Shown piece by piece: positions 1-15,000 of a stretch of DNA of 64,000 bases. The position numbers were made by a program, and so were the translations under genes. Location of the stretch: NCBI GenBank assembly GCA_026387455.1, contig JAPLLR010000046.1:68921-132920 (forward strand). Direction: 5' to 3'. Source of the stretch: Candidatus Omnitrophota bacterium. GTDB lineage: Bacteria; Omnitrophota; Gorgyraeia; Gygaellales; Profunditerraquicolaceae. A model generated the notes under the pieces. It was not told the DNA's origin. It did not search any database and saw only the letters and a program-made list of their open reading frames with translations. How positions within the stretch are numbered: position 1 is the first letter of the stretch; every line of letters begins with the position of its first letter.

Positions 1-2
1 GC

Positions 3-3000
3 CGCATCGTCCAGAGGTCTGTCGGATTATTCGCCGGGAATACCATTAATGAATATATGGGCGCGATGAAGGACGGCCAATTCGAGCAAGATAAGTACAC
101 CGTCTACAGCTATGAGGACGCTTTCCATGAAGGCCTGGGATTATCCAACGAATCTTCGACTTACGATTACAACGGCGTTCTCTTGAGCACTTCTAGGCTG
201 ATGGGTGTTGACGGCACCCGGCTTAATATAGAGGAAGTCGATTACATGAATGAAGTCATCCGCCGCAAGGATACTGATATCTTCAATAAAGTATTTTCGA
301 TGGAGGTCAGATTATTCGGTCAGGATATTCCTTATCGCGTGATCGAGAATGAGTTTAGTGATCCTCTGCTTGCCGGATTTGGAGTATCCACCAGAAGTAC
401 GGCTACTGATCCGGTATCCGGTATCGTCACTACCGAGACTACACCCGTTGCCCTTGGAGCCGACGCCTTCAATGAATTTGGCGGCGTATCCTTATTAGAG
501 AAGAACAATGTCTTTGACACGCAAAAGATAATTCTGCGCGACGGACGCGGCATGATCCGCAGGGAATATAGCGGAGACGAAGTGGACTACGCCAGGGAGA
601 TCACCGCGGACGTTGTCGTGATCCGCAATTACGAAGACAAGTACTGGAGGGCCAGAGATATCGCTTCGCTTTCCCAAAGGCGCGTCTGGGATAACGCCCT
701 TCAAAGAGATGGTGCGTTAATCAGCACCACTATACCCGAAGGATTCGCCGAAATCGACACCGCTTATGGAAGACTTAAGGTCCTTAAATTAGCCCAGCAT
801 AAGGAAGAGGTAGAGACAGATGCCACCCTTTATGTTCAGACCGCTACTGGTAACACTATCCGTATGCAGGCTGGTGATCGCACCACTGACGTGAAATTCA
901 ACCGCTTAGACGTGGATATAGAAAGCGTGACCGTTAACCCTTCCGGAGAAATTATTGAGACTAGCAAGACCCTGGTCGATGAGGCAACGGGCCTTCCGGC
1001 TGGCAGGAGTCGTGATATCTTTATGCCGGAATATGTTATCGACAGCATGAAAGGCCATATTATCAAGGTGGTCAACAATCCTAATACCGGAGTAGACCAG
1101 TATAGCATTTTGGACGTGGTTACCGGGCTTGTGGATTATATCGGGGTCTACCCGGATATTTTCTCGGGCAGAGTCGGATGGTGGACTACTATCAATTTTA
1201 ATGAGCGCGAAATAGAGGACTCCACGATAACGTTTGCGTTTGAGAGTGGTGTTGAGAAAGGGGTAGTCAAGGAGAGCCAGACTACGGATATCCTGCCTGG
1301 AAAACTGATCAAAAACGAAACCTTCGCTTCCGGAGTGGATTACAGTTATGAGCAGGACGCGCTTACCGGCCTTATTAACAATATCAGGCGCCAGGTGAAT
1401 ATCGGCGATAATCCTATTTGGATGACGGTGATCACTTATGATGATCTGGGTCTTGAAGTATCCCGTCGTACCGAGACCGAGGACGGATTGTTCGTAGATG
1501 ACGCCAGCGTCACCTCAAGAGATACGGCCAGCCGTACCGCTATCAGCGAATATACCAAGGCCAGCGGTGAGACCGGAACCGCTATTATAGACGCTACTAC
1601 CGGTTTGACCATAAGCAACGAGAAGGAAATAGACTTGCCGGAATGCAACGTAAACACTAAGTGGACTACTTATATAACCTATGACGTGTTAGGCAGGGAG
1701 TCAGGCAGAGTTACCAAGGATACAGAGGGCGATATCGTCGTCTCTTCCTGGGGCGCTACTTATGATACAGCGCATCAGACGATGAAAGCCCAATATAGCT
1801 ATGCCAATGGCGAAAAAGGCGTGATGGTCGCGGATGTCCAGAGCGGCCTTACCTTGAACCTGATCCAGGATATAGACTTGATCGGAGCCGGTGCGACAAC
1901 CTGGGATAGTTCTATTAAATACGATAATCAGGGCATTGAGTCAGGGAGGAAGACGGTTGCCGATGACGGTAGAGAAGTCTCCGGTTCTGTCAGAATCAGC
2001 ATGGATCCTGTGGCTAAGACTATTACCAGCAAGTACAGCATAGTCGCAGGCAGGAGTGAAGGTATCAATGTCGTGGATGTCCAGAGCGGCTTGATCGTGC
2101 GTAACGTAGACACCAAGGAAAAGCTACTGCACCAGAATCTTTACGATGAGTTAGGCGTATCCCAGGGTTCTGATAATTATGAAGCCATAGGTGTTTACGG
2201 GGCTAGCGATCTTTATGTACCCGGCACCGGCCTTTCCAAGACACGCTATACTGGTGACCGCATTACTGGCCAGGTGGGCGTAAGAGGAATAGATGCCCGG
2301 GTGGTCGGAGAATATGCTTGGACAGAGAGCGATGATATTGCGGTTATCAAGGCGCAGGAGATAGTCAGGTTAATGGCTGTAGAAAGAGGGCTGCCCGTAG
2401 GGATGTTCAGGGTTCGTCCCAATATCTATAACCACAATCCTGAAATAGCCAGCCTTATCGTCACTGACAAGATTGGCGAAGAGACTGGCAACAAGACTTT
2501 CCTTTTAAATAACGAGTTCGATACCGATTATGCTCTCGGCAGGAAGATTGCTTATGCGGAATTAAACAGGGATGGCGTGAACTTTACGCACTGGCAGAAT
2601 ATCCTTGGTTCTGCCGGATTCAAGGAGCTCTCCGGCGCCCTGGCTGACGTTAAGGTCTTTGATGTGCACATACTCGGGGATGATGAGGATGAAAGGCATC
2701 CCGCCAGGAGCTGGCAGGTAGTTACCAAATACGGTTCAGAGCAGGAGTTAGCGGTTATCGATAACGAAAAAGGCAGTATCACATTCAATATCTATAATCC
2801 GAATTTACGCAAACTTACAGAAAAGGGTAGAGTCGGAGGTATAAGCCTTGCCCTGGATAACGACGAGATCTTAAGCGTATCATATCTCCTAGATAGAAAA
2901 ACGCGCGTGAACAAGGGCGATGGCCGTCCGCAGGACACCGAAAGAGTCTTGATTGTTAAGCCGGTGAATAAGACAGCTTTTGTAGAGTACAGGAGCAAGC

Positions 3001-6000
3001 TCAACGGAGACCTGGAGGCAAAAGAGGATATCCAGTATTTGGGTTATTTTGAAGATGAGGCGTTGCTTGCAAGGCTGCGCACATTAGCAGCAGCATCCGG
3101 AGATATCCGCGTGGCTGCTTCTGAAATCACCAAAGATGCGCAGGTCATCGCTACCGAGAGGGCTTATTATAAAGATCACCCAAGATTATCAGAGGCCCAT
3201 CAGCGATATCTGGGTGTTTCTGCCATGACAGAGATGATCATGCAGGGTAGGGTCATCAGCGATTCCAGGCTTAAGGATATCGTCTTTGGCGACGGCTGGA
3301 TGTGGGTGTCATCCTTAAAGAATGAGAAGTTTGATGATGAGCGCGGCCGCCAGATAAAATATAGCGCGCTGGTAATCAGGGACGGTACAGGTTTAGAATG
3401 CATTAGCGTGCTCGGACATCTGGATAGCGAAGGAAACTTCAGCAGGGGGCCGGGTGATCTGTGCAGATTCAGTTTCTACGATGATATTGATTCCAGGAAG
3501 TACGGCATGCCCTCAAGGACAGTTAGTAGTGTGCCTCTAGGCGACGGACAGGAAAGGCTGCTTTCATCTGCTGACCGCACCATGCTTGACAAGCAAAACG
3601 GCAACATCTCATATATCATCAAGAAAGGCTTCTCCAGTATCACTCTCTCACCGGATTACCGTGATAATTATCTTTTGTTGCAACAGGCAGGCAAGGATCT
3701 TTTCGAGCTGCTTCTGGGGATCTCTTGGGAAGAAAAAGATAGCCGTGGGCGCGTGGTGGTGGCCAAGGAAGCCTGCACGCCAGTAAAATCCGCTTCCAGC
3801 TATGGCTACGAAGCCAGTGATCCAAAATATATCAGTTTTGTTCAATACGACAGCCTACTGGATCCTTATGCCAAAGCAAATCTGGCCTTAAGAGGAGTTG
3901 CCCGAGAAAGTTACACCTATGCTTTTGATCCGTCAAAGAAGGATGTTGCCTCTTATGCCCAATCCCGATTTATGGTGCATAAATATAACCCCAGGCTCCT
4001 GATATTTGAGGGAAACATGAGCGTGGAATATGAGACTGTCAATGGCCTGCCCGGACAGGAAGGGTTGAAGTCTGGTATTTACGACTTAGTCGGTAGTTGG
4101 CTTTATCAGGCCAGATATGAGCAGCCGACATCTAACTACAGCAGGGATCCCGATGCCGCAAAGATAGTAACATACGATCCTTACTGGCCTTTCTATTCTA
4201 TTCCCGTCCGCATCGAGAATGCCAAGGGAGAGGTTATTGAAACTATTAAGAAAACCGAATTGTTGATTGATCCCGAGCTTCCCGCACAGCCGATACTCAG
4301 GCAGGAGCGCAGCGCCAAGAATAGAAATACAGGTTTGGAGGATAGTTCTATACAGTATATCGACGTGATTGCCGGACACCAGGTGATCGAGCCGGTTAAC
4401 GCCAAGCCGTTAAACCTGAATAGCCTGCTTAACGGACAGCAAGGGCAAGCCGTCAATGCCTTGCCCCAGGCAGTAAATACCAATAAATCCACAACATCTG
4501 CGTTGCCTGCCTTCTTTGGCTTTGCCCTGCCTTCCTTCTTCGGTTTCAATGATTTGACCTTATTTGTGATTATCTCCGTCATCGTACTTCTTTACGGACT
4601 CATTCCTTTGTTTTTAGGAACCATCTTGCGTAATAGAGGTAAGAGGAAGATCGCTAAAATTGACATAGAAGCTAACAGATTATGCGGTGAAAAAGTAAAG
4701 GCGTTAGCAGAGGAGCGCCGCGTACTTAAGGTCTTGGGGGTGTTGGGTGCAGAGCCGGATCGAAGACCCGGTCATACCGGCGAATATCAGATTGTGCAGC
4801 GTGACAGGACAAGGGGAGCTACGGATAAGGCTTACCTTGATACAGACAATATTCTCGCTCCCCTGGTATTAAGTGATGGTCCGGTAGATGGTAATTTCAT
4901 CTTCCATATGAGGATACTATATATGTATTTGATGCAGTGGAGAATGCAGGAGAATGGCTGGCAGGAAGATGACCAGCATAACCTGTTGGGAGGCACTGAC
5001 AGATGGCTGAATACCCTGGATGCTTACGCTACTTTACTTTCCTATTATATGCACGTAGTTATCAAGCTGGGCAAAAAAGATGGAATTACCAGTGAGGATA
5101 GCAACCATATCTGGTCGAGGCTGGAGATGTATCTGGGAGAACTTGTGGATGCTTTGCAGCCGTTAATAGAAGAATATCAGCATGGCGGTAATTTGGCGGA
5201 TATCAATCGTAGGATAGAAGCTACGTTGCGCGCCAAGGGTATTGAGCCCCTGGATCATCCTGTATCTATCAATGAATTGAATAGAAGGATATTGGGAGAT
5301 TTTGCGCAGGCTGTCATTGATACTGCTGATATCAGCGTGGCTGATATGGAGCAGATAGTAGGTGACTTGGAATGTAGCGTTATTGTACACAAAGGAACCG
5401 ATAATCGTCTGCGTAAAGTGAATAATTTTGATTTGGATAAATTTCAGCCTTTGATCGCCAATATTTTAGGGGTGAATACCGGGTATATAGACAATGTCCT
5501 GGCAACCTATGAAGAGTTTAAAGAGCGCGAAAAAGCTAGCATAGAGCCGTTCAATCCTATTATCAAAGAGATAGCCATAAGCCTGCCGCACATTTTACTG
5601 GGTTGGTTTGTGGCGCTGATGAGTTTTAATTCCGGGATCCGCGATGCCAAACCGCTCTGTGAATTTATCGCTTCCGTATTAACGAATAATATGCATGGCA
5701 TCCTTATCTTCATTGTTCTACCTTTAGCGATAAGCCTTGTCTTCGGAGCATTCTATTTCTTGAGCTTAAGGGCACGCCACCTAAGGGGCAATAATGATCA
5801 GCCATTTGCTACCAGGGGCGCCTCATTTGATCCCGCACTTTGGAATACCCTGATGCTGGCTTTTCGCTTTATCGCGCTTGCGGCGTTCTGTGCCGGGAGT
5901 TTCTGGCTATACTATAACTTTAGTGATCCTATCCTGGTGGTTACCGCCGGCCCTGCAGCCATGGCAGTCAGAAAGGCACTGTTGTGGACAGCTGTTGCCG

Positions 6001-9000
6001 TAGCAGCCACAGAGCTCTTTACTTTCTTCTTTACCCTGAAGAATGGCGGGAAGCCGGTTTCTCTTATCGGCCTCTCTTTAAGATATCATTCCCGGCTCAG
6101 TGCTCCTTCCGGAGGAGTACGGGGTACGCTAGCCGCAATAGTTTTCTATGCAATACTTTATTTGGGATTTATCTACCTAAGCAAGCTGTTAGGCGTTGCC
6201 AGCTTCAGCATCTTCTTCAGCACGCAATTCCAGTTAGGCAATTACCTGAAATTAATATCCGGCGTACTGATGCTTTTCCTTTCTTTATATCTCTTACGTT
6301 ATGGCGTAGGCACAGCTTGGACAGTAGTCGCCAGCTTCTTGCGCACTTTCCCGATGCAGAGCTTGGCATTGACTTTTGCGATCTTATACCATCTTGCTGA
6401 AGGCTACGGCGTGGCTGAATCCTTAGCCAGCTCTCCTTATGCATGGGTGATAGCTTCAGTTTTAGGTATAGCGATGTTTCTTGAGAACTGGATCAAGGAA
6501 GCCTGCTTCAGGCTAACTCCTCGGCGCACGAAGCCTATTAAACCTGCTACAGAGAATGCAAGGACTATCGGGTTAATATATGCGGGTGGAGATAAATTGC
6601 GTTCACCGGTCTTTTCCGAAGGCTCCGTAGCTAATGCCACCGCCATGCTTCTTGACTGGTTTGACGGGATGAAGGATAGATTTGACTCTAAGCTGCATAA
6701 GACGTTTGAGATTAACCGCCCGGAGCTGGAGCGTATATTTAATCTCCTGCATCAGAGAGAGCTTGCTAGTGGAGCTACTTTGTTCCATCCGGTGCAGTTG
6801 GTTGAGGATGGCGTGGTCCACAACGCTATCATGCCTGACATGGAGGTTATACTTAGACGCCATCGTATCTTGATCGATATCGCCGCTTGCGAAAAGCAGG
6901 ATATCCTGCGCGCCTTGCAGATTAGAAGATGGCTGGTTTCAATGATGAGTGCTGACGCCCATGTCCAGGATAACGGCATCAACCTGGTAGATATAGCACT
7001 GGCTTTTGAGGAATCCGGCATTAGCAGAGAATTGATTATGTACCTTGCCAGCAACAAGTATAATGATACCAGCGATAAACCTTCCCAGGCCAATATCAGC
7101 ATAAATGGAGAATTAGGCCAGAGATGTAAACTTGCTACGCTGATTAATACTATTACTCATGCTAAGGCAGTGGTCTTTTATGACTGGACCGCGTTCGCCT
7201 TTAAGTCCGGTTTCATGATCGGTATGGATCTTATCGAGGAAACACCCGGCCTCAAGCACATGATTATTACGGACAGGAACGCCTGCGTCGGAGACCTGAA
7301 AGCCTTTATCAGAGATGTTGACTATATGCGCACTAATCCTAATCTGGTAGCAATCGTTCCCGGAAGAGGCACGACCTTTACCCGGACTAATATCGGCCAG
7401 GCTTCGCAGTTGATCGAGGAAGGGCACAGGTCGTATCTGCACGGCGTGATGCTCATCGGCGGTCAGGCAGGAGAGGCAGTGGGTACTGGATGGGGTAATC
7501 ATATGCGCGTCTTGTATTCGGAAGCGGTAAATGCGTATCTTACTCCCGGATATCCTTTAAGGCCGCTTACCTCCCATTATAGAGACCAGGGTTTCTACGC
7601 CACTAATTTTGGCGTCCAGGGTTTTGTCCCGCACGCTGTAGGTATTTCCGAGGATATCTGGGCAGTGCAGCAGCAGACTTATTTGTCCATGTCCCTTGGC
7701 CGCGCGCCGTTCTTTACTACCTCTGATGCCTTCTGGCATAAGAAGAGGGAATCCTGGTCTCATCCTGCATGGCTGTCTGCTATGCCGCGCTGGTCCGGCG
7801 GTCTGCCGCAGATGATGCTGGATAAGGTGATGCAGAATATAGGAGATATGGGGCCGCTTTCGTTATATGCCAAGGAAGTCAGGGCGCAGGGCGCGCGCTA
7901 CTTCCTGACCGCACAGTTTGCTTTATTATTCATCTTTCTTAATCCGATTTCTGCCATTTTCGGCTTTTCGCCTTTCCAGGGATTACTGATTTCATTGGTG
8001 ATCTGGGGCGCTGTTTTTAACCAGATTCTTACCGGCCACGGCCTGGTCATGTATATGGAATCAGCCGGCTTTAACAAAGTCACTGCTGTTATAGGCGCAG
8101 GCATATCTCTTCTCATAGGTAAATATTTAATGCCGCTGATCGGAGTCTGGGATCCGACGATGCTGATCTTTGGTATCTTCTTCGGTGGCTTTATCCGTGG
8201 CTTAGGCAGATGGGCCTTTACCCGGGCCCGCGACATGCTCGTTTTCCCCATGCTTCTTACTGTCCATGTGTTGGGGCAGAGAGCCAGGCAGACTCTGGAG
8301 TTTAAGATGTCCGGTGAAGAAAAGACGGATGCTCATGGCGTGGATGTATCAAGCTCTATTACCAAGAGGCCCTGGTATAACATTATCCATCCCGCCTTGA
8401 TATGGTTTATCGGAGTGGTTAATGCCTGGCTTAACATCTATGCTATACTTACTGAGCACCATCTGGCTAATATCCTGCTTATTGCTCCTTCTCTGCTTTT
8501 CTCCGTGGGTGTCGTGGTGGGTATCTTTGTGATGTCTGTTCCCAGAGGAAAGAGCCTGAGGTTCTTCAAATTCGTCCCGCAGCTGGCAGGCTGGCTTGCC
8601 GGATATATGGTCCATCGGACATTGGACGGGTTATTCAAGATGGGTGTCCTTGGGCAACTTCCCGCAGTTATACTGGCATTGATTCTCATCAGTTACTGCC
8701 TGTGGCTGATCTGGCCGAAATCAAATACGCCGCATCACAGCTATTGGACCCGATTTATCTTAGATTTTGGCCGCATGTTCACTCTCTCATTAAGTATCTT
8801 CCTTTGGCCGTTCCTTGTCCCGCACACCCTCGTGATTAACTTCCAGGCTCTAAGCGGATCTTATATGCCGGTGTTTACTTCTGTTTTGCTTACGAAGATA
8901 GCTATTGTCGTCGCGGTATTAATCTTTGGCCAGATATTGAATAAGGCCGTAGGGCTATGTGAATTCCATGCAGTAAACCGGCGCTATATAAAGTGCTCTG

Positions 9001-12000
9001 AGCTCTTTATCCGTTTGAACAACAGTTTTACGCCGTATCAATCCAGCTCTATCGCCGGATTGCTGCAGGATATCCATATTTACATTGATCAGGAGAGCTA
9101 TCGCTACGCGAATGTAGTGCTGCGTAAGGCAGAGAGGGTAATTGCCGATGCCGTAGGTACTCCAAAGAGAGGCATTTTAAGGAGATTCTTCGCAAGCATC
9201 AGGGGTGACACAGTCTATGACCTGCCTGTCTTTACTAGGATTGAGAACGCCAATGAGTACTATAGGCGATCAAGGGCAAATCTTGAATTTGCCGAATGCA
9301 GACTGGAGGATTCAAAAGAGGAATTGGCGGCTGCAAAAACAAAACTTGATGAGGCAGAAATTCCAGCAAATGAGGAGTTACAACGGCTCATTGAAGAAGA
9401 AGGTCCATTACATACGTTGCAAAAAAGAAGAGACCTGCGCCAGGCAGAAGAAAAGCTGGATTCCGCAAGAAAAGATCTAAGGATGGCTTCGGGTGAGGAA
9501 GAAATAAAAGCTGCGGGAGCGCAAGTGGAAGCAGCGAAAAGGAAGGTTGTCAGAGCGCGTAAAGAATTCAAAAACGCATTGAAAGAATCCCAAAAGAGAG
9601 CAAAAGAAGATTACGCTCACAGAAAGAAAGCAGCCAAGGAAATTATAAAAGCAGCCAAGGCAGGCCTTAAGAAAGTCAGAGGGGATGCTTCTGGTTGGCA
9701 AGCGGTGGCTTGCGCAAAAGAGGCGTTAGAGCATGCCCGGCAAGAGAATAAGGATTTAAAGGAAAAGAGCCCGCGTGCCCAGAAAAAAGCAAGAATAGAA
9801 AAGGCCAAGAATGCCCGTAGGCAGGCTAAGGAAGCCCTTAAAGCATACGAGTCCTGGCAGGCATATTATCAAAAAGTGGTGGCTAAGAGCAGAAAGGCAT
9901 TAGCTAGGGCTAGATTAGCTGAACGTCAGGAAAGGAAGCACGCAGAACTTAAAGCCAATAAAGAACATGCCAGCCGTCAGGAAAAAGAGCGTAAGGCCAA
10001 AGAGGCAGAGCGTAATGCCGAGCCAGCTGGAGCCGCTGGTAGAGATGGCGTGACTAGACCTGATGCGCCGTTAGATTCTCCTGTTCAGCCTTCCGCGCCT
10101 TCTTCCGCAGTTCCCAGTCCGGCAGCCGAAGCCGAGATAGAATCCGTACTTTCCCAGATATTAAAAGAATCTCTTCCGGAAGCAACTGCGCCTCCTACGT
10201 TTCTTATGGCAGAGCCAAGAGGCGATGTAGTAGATATCGCTATAAAAAATATTACCGTGCCTGAAGACAGGCAGGATGAGATAAGAAGCAGAATAATGCA
10301 GGATATTGCTGCAGGCCGTATTGTAGTGCTCCTTGATGGTCAGATTATCCCCGCCGAAGATATCCATATCAGGTTTGCCAGCATACATTTTGAGATCGCC
10401 ATCAATAAGCTTGGCAAAACCTCTTTCCGTAAAGCCAAGATATCCTATACTGATGCCTCAGGCAAACAGCAGATTTTAGGGTCAATTAAAATTGATGATG
10501 TTGCTTCATCTGTTAAACCTACCCCGATCAAAGATGCAGCCAGCGCAAAGGCAGCCAGGAAAGCCAAAGCTGATAAGGAAAGGCTGGCCAGGGAAGCGGA
10601 GGCTTTAAAGAAAGCTGAAGAAAGAAGAATAGCTAAAGAGATAGAGAAGAAATCCGTAAGAGAAGCGGCAAATAAAGCTAGGGCTCAGGCTATCTTCCTT
10701 AGGGCTCAGAGGACGCAGCAGATACGCGAGGCATTCAATAAAAAGCTGACTATTGCCAGAAGCGCATTTTCTTCTTTCAGGCGCGCCACAGCACTTCGCT
10801 GCGTTTCATTAGTCCATCTTGTAGGGGATAATCTTGCCAGTGCCAGGAAGGCTTATCAGGAAAGATCTGCCAGAGTCAGTGCCCAGAGGAGAGAGCTTGC
10901 GCGGGTAGAGATATTACTGCGGCAGATCGCTGCTGCAGAGAGGCCCGAACAGATCACTGATGAATTATTAAACAGTAAGAATGCGAAAGTTGCGGAAAGA
11001 GCCAAGGATAGAAAACAAGTTTTACTCATAGAGCGGGTTAGGCGTGCGATGAAAAATGAGCAGCCTGCCTATAGTGGAACAAGAGGTTTTTCCAGTGCAC
11101 CTCGCAGGCAGCAGGCCGAGGTTACTCCTGTTCCTGAGCCGATAGCAGAGCCGGAAAACATCAGGCTAGATGATGGTAGATTCAGTATCGGCGCCAGAGT
11201 TTGGTACGTGCCTTATTCTGGGAAAATCGAAGAGGTCGTGATATTAAATAATGATTTGGAACATGCGGATGGCTATATGATAAGAGTTGGTCTGCGCGGT
11301 TCTATGGGGCCGTTTGATCGCAACCGCTTTTTTGCCACCAGAGAAGAGGCAGAGGAATTCTTCCGCAAAGAACATTCTTATCCTGCTTGCATGATTCCTG
11401 TCGAGGCTGCTGAAGCCCTGACTGAAACAGAGTTTAATTTCATCAGGAGCTTATTCGGTGCTGCCGCCTTGGATATGCTTGCCCAGCACCGGATACACTT
11501 AGATAGGTTCAATGTCAGGGTTGACGCCACCCTCCAGGTTCCTGCTGAAGTCAGAGACGGCATACTGTATGTGCATCCCAACATCATCCGGGGACCTCCG
11601 CAGGAACTGGAAAGAATAAGAGTCCACCTTGAGGTCATCTTTGCCGGACATGAACTCTATCATCTGCTCGGCGAAAATGAATCTCAAGCCAGAAACCGCA
11701 CCATCCAGTATCTCTTTAAGGACAAGCCCGTATTTAAGAACGAGCTTTTATCCAGCCATATACGCTTCCTGAAAGGCGATAATTCTCTTGGTCTAATAGG
11801 CGATGAAGGTTGGATTTCTCGCCTGGAGGCCGCTGTTTCAGTTGTCCACGCCTCAAAGTGGAATTTGAACTCTTACAATAAGACAATAGGGCGTTACCTG
11901 CCCGGAGGAATTCCTTCCGAAGTCGCCAGGATGACAGGGGTGCCGCCAGAAACAATGATGCAGGAGCTGGTAAACGATATTTATCTTCCCTTGCGTTCAG

Positions 12001-15000
12001 CGCTTGGTTATATTGCGCAGCATATTGAGGCTGGAGATATCAGGCCCGATGTCAGGCTGCGAGTTGCAGAGAGTGATCCTGAGGCCTACGTACCCGATGA
12101 TTTGCGCACTGGTAGTCGACCTATACGCGTGGGCTTCCTGCCCATGAAAGGTGATCCCTGGCAGGTCGGCCACATCTTTGTTATCTTGGAAGCCGTAGCT
12201 AAATTAAAACTGGATAAAGTAGTGGTCATGATTGATAATTCTGATCCTATCCGTAAACCGAACTTAACCTCTTTAACCGTACGGGAAGCCATAAGTAAGG
12301 CCTTGTTCGCGCATCTGGGTTCGTTAGTGCAGTATACAGCTATAACCAAGGAGCACGAAGAGCTTTTTGCCGTCGATGGAGAGACCGCGATTTTCAAGTT
12401 TATAAGCTTAAATAATAAATTGCCTGAGAACACTTCTCTTGAAGTTTATTATATGGTTGGTTCAGATCATCGTCATTGGGAAGTTAAGAAGAAGCATCCG
12501 CAAACCGACGCAGAAATAACTTTACCTGACACCCCGCAGAAACTTATTCTTAATCAGCTTCCTGAGCCGGATGTTATGAAGCGCTGGCCGGCACTTCAGG
12601 GAAATCACTCCGGTCTCTATGGCTATCAGCAAGGCATAAGCCCCACTGTTAATATACTTTTCATAGAGCGCATCGGAGAAGAATTCAAAAAAGATCAAGG
12701 CGGCAAAGAGGTTGAGTTGGAAGCCTTGGTTGAAAGCGTAGGAAAAAATATCGGCCACATCGCCAAGATATTCCAACCTATGGATACATCATCTACCCGT
12801 GTCAGAAAACAGTATCATTACTGGACAGTTCCCTGGGATATATTCCTTTTCGCCAGGGCATTTAAACTTTGGGGATTTGAAGATTCATTTGTTCCTGGAG
12901 AAAAAGGTATTAAATGGTCAGAGCAACAGAAGGCAGTTGCCGAGGGATTATGTGGATTTATTAATTCAAATGATTTTCCTGCAATAGAAGCAAAATTGAA
13001 AGAAGCCTATGGCCCGGCAATGAATATTTTTGATATGTTCTTGATGCAAGCGATAAACCAGTCCGAGATACCGGATAATAAAGAGCGTTTTGAGAAAATA
13101 CGCGGATTAATTTTTGCCAGAGGCGAGGAGTTTGTGGGAGAGGTTGTAGGATCTGCGGATGCGCAGTTAGATGAGGCTCAGAGGGAAGTATCCCCGGACC
13201 TTAGCACCAAAGACGCTTCCCATGAAGAAGGTAGCTCGTTTTGCGCAATTGCTCTTATGCCCGCATTATTGATTGCAGCAGTGGTAATCCTGGGGATACT
13301 GGTGGTTTATTTCTCGTTCAGGCTTCGCGCGATTAAAGACAAATTAGCAAAATTAAATTCAATTTATGCTGCACAAACAAAGGAGGCAGAATGTCTACCT
13401 TACTCGAACTTGGGCAGGGACTCGAAGTCACTCATATCCTCTCCCGTCCCTACGGACTCCTCATCTATGCCAAGTACCCCTGCTGGTACTCAGAGTTCAG
13501 TTTCCTCCTCAGCCCAGACGGCACCATCAGGGGAAAGACTCATGACGGAAACTGGTATGAGATCAGCTCCGAATTCTCCGATATCATCAAGGCCAAGGTC
13601 AATAGCGTCCTTATCTACGAGCGCAACCGGTTCTACGGATAACAGCTGTCAAGGAGACCGTTCTTCAAGCGGCCTTCCGGATGAAAAAGTGGATGCCGCA
13701 ATTGAAGAATTTGGCGGAATGGAAAGTATCTGGAATCTGGGCAAAATCAACGATGCGGATTGGTTATCTGTGCAGGTTATTGGCTTAGGGATGCGCGATG
13801 CCGCACGCAACTTGGACGCCCCCAATTTCAATGCTATTGCTAGGCTCTTAACAATGCGCGGGGTGCATTTTGCACTTGCTCCTGCGAGATGGAAGATTGG
13901 TGCCTGCATAGGATTCCTCAATGACCAGCCCATCATTATTATTCCAAAAGATGTCACTTATCAGGAAGTTGCCCTTGAAATCCAGGCAACAATAGTCCCC
14001 GCATTAACCCACAAAGAAAACCTAAAAATTGACAGTTTGCAAGGTCGCCTTTATGCGCTAAGGGATAGAGATTTAGTAAAGCGCATTGAGCAGGTTAAAG
14101 AAGGCATCTTCGGTACAATCAGAGACCGTAGTTCAGGGAGCGTGGTTTCTGGTTGCTATCTCCAGCCGCAAATTGCCAATAGGGCAGGCACCCGCGCTTT
14201 TATTTATGTTAAAGAGAAAACGCTTTCTTCCATGCGGCTGGTAACGGCCGCAGAACAAAGCCGTCTATCCACAAATAAATCCTATCCGGCTATCATGCCC
14301 GTGGAAAATCTTCCGGAAAGAGAGCCTCGGCCGGAAGAGTTAAATATAATTATTTCTGCCTTTGGCGGAAGTGATGCGCTTTTGGCCAAGGGAATCAATA
14401 TGAATGTAAGGATAAATCCGGCCCTGGAGTCCCCTGCTGAAGTAAGAAATGTCGTATTACATGTTAACCCCCGCATTTTAAGAGCGCCGCCCGAGCAGTT
14501 AAGGGTTATCTTCGAAGGCCACGAATTATTCCATCTGCTTCATCCGCAGGAACCCGAATCAGCAGCCAGAAATTATACTGTCAGTTACCTCCTGAAGAAC
14601 GGTCCTGCGTCACTTCTTAGCCATATCGGATTCTTAAATTGCAATTCATTAGGCATTCAGATTAAACACTCTCAAGAGTGGTTATCTGAGCTTAGGCAGG
14701 CTTTGGGCGATAAGTTTTATCCAGCCGAAATGGTGCCATCAGCCGGCCAGATAGAGGATATTACAGAAAAAGAATTAAATACGCTCATAGATCTTTTTGG
14801 TGGACACCATACAGGAATTACCTTAACTAAAGATAATGTCAAATGCTATTCTGCGCTAGATGTTCCGGCAATAATCGTAGGTGACATTCTCTACATACAT
14901 ACCGATATCATAAGAAGCACACCGGAAACACTGAGGGCATTTGGAGGGCAATTAAATCTTATTTTCAAAGACCATATGTTTTTCTACTTGGCCTTTCCTG

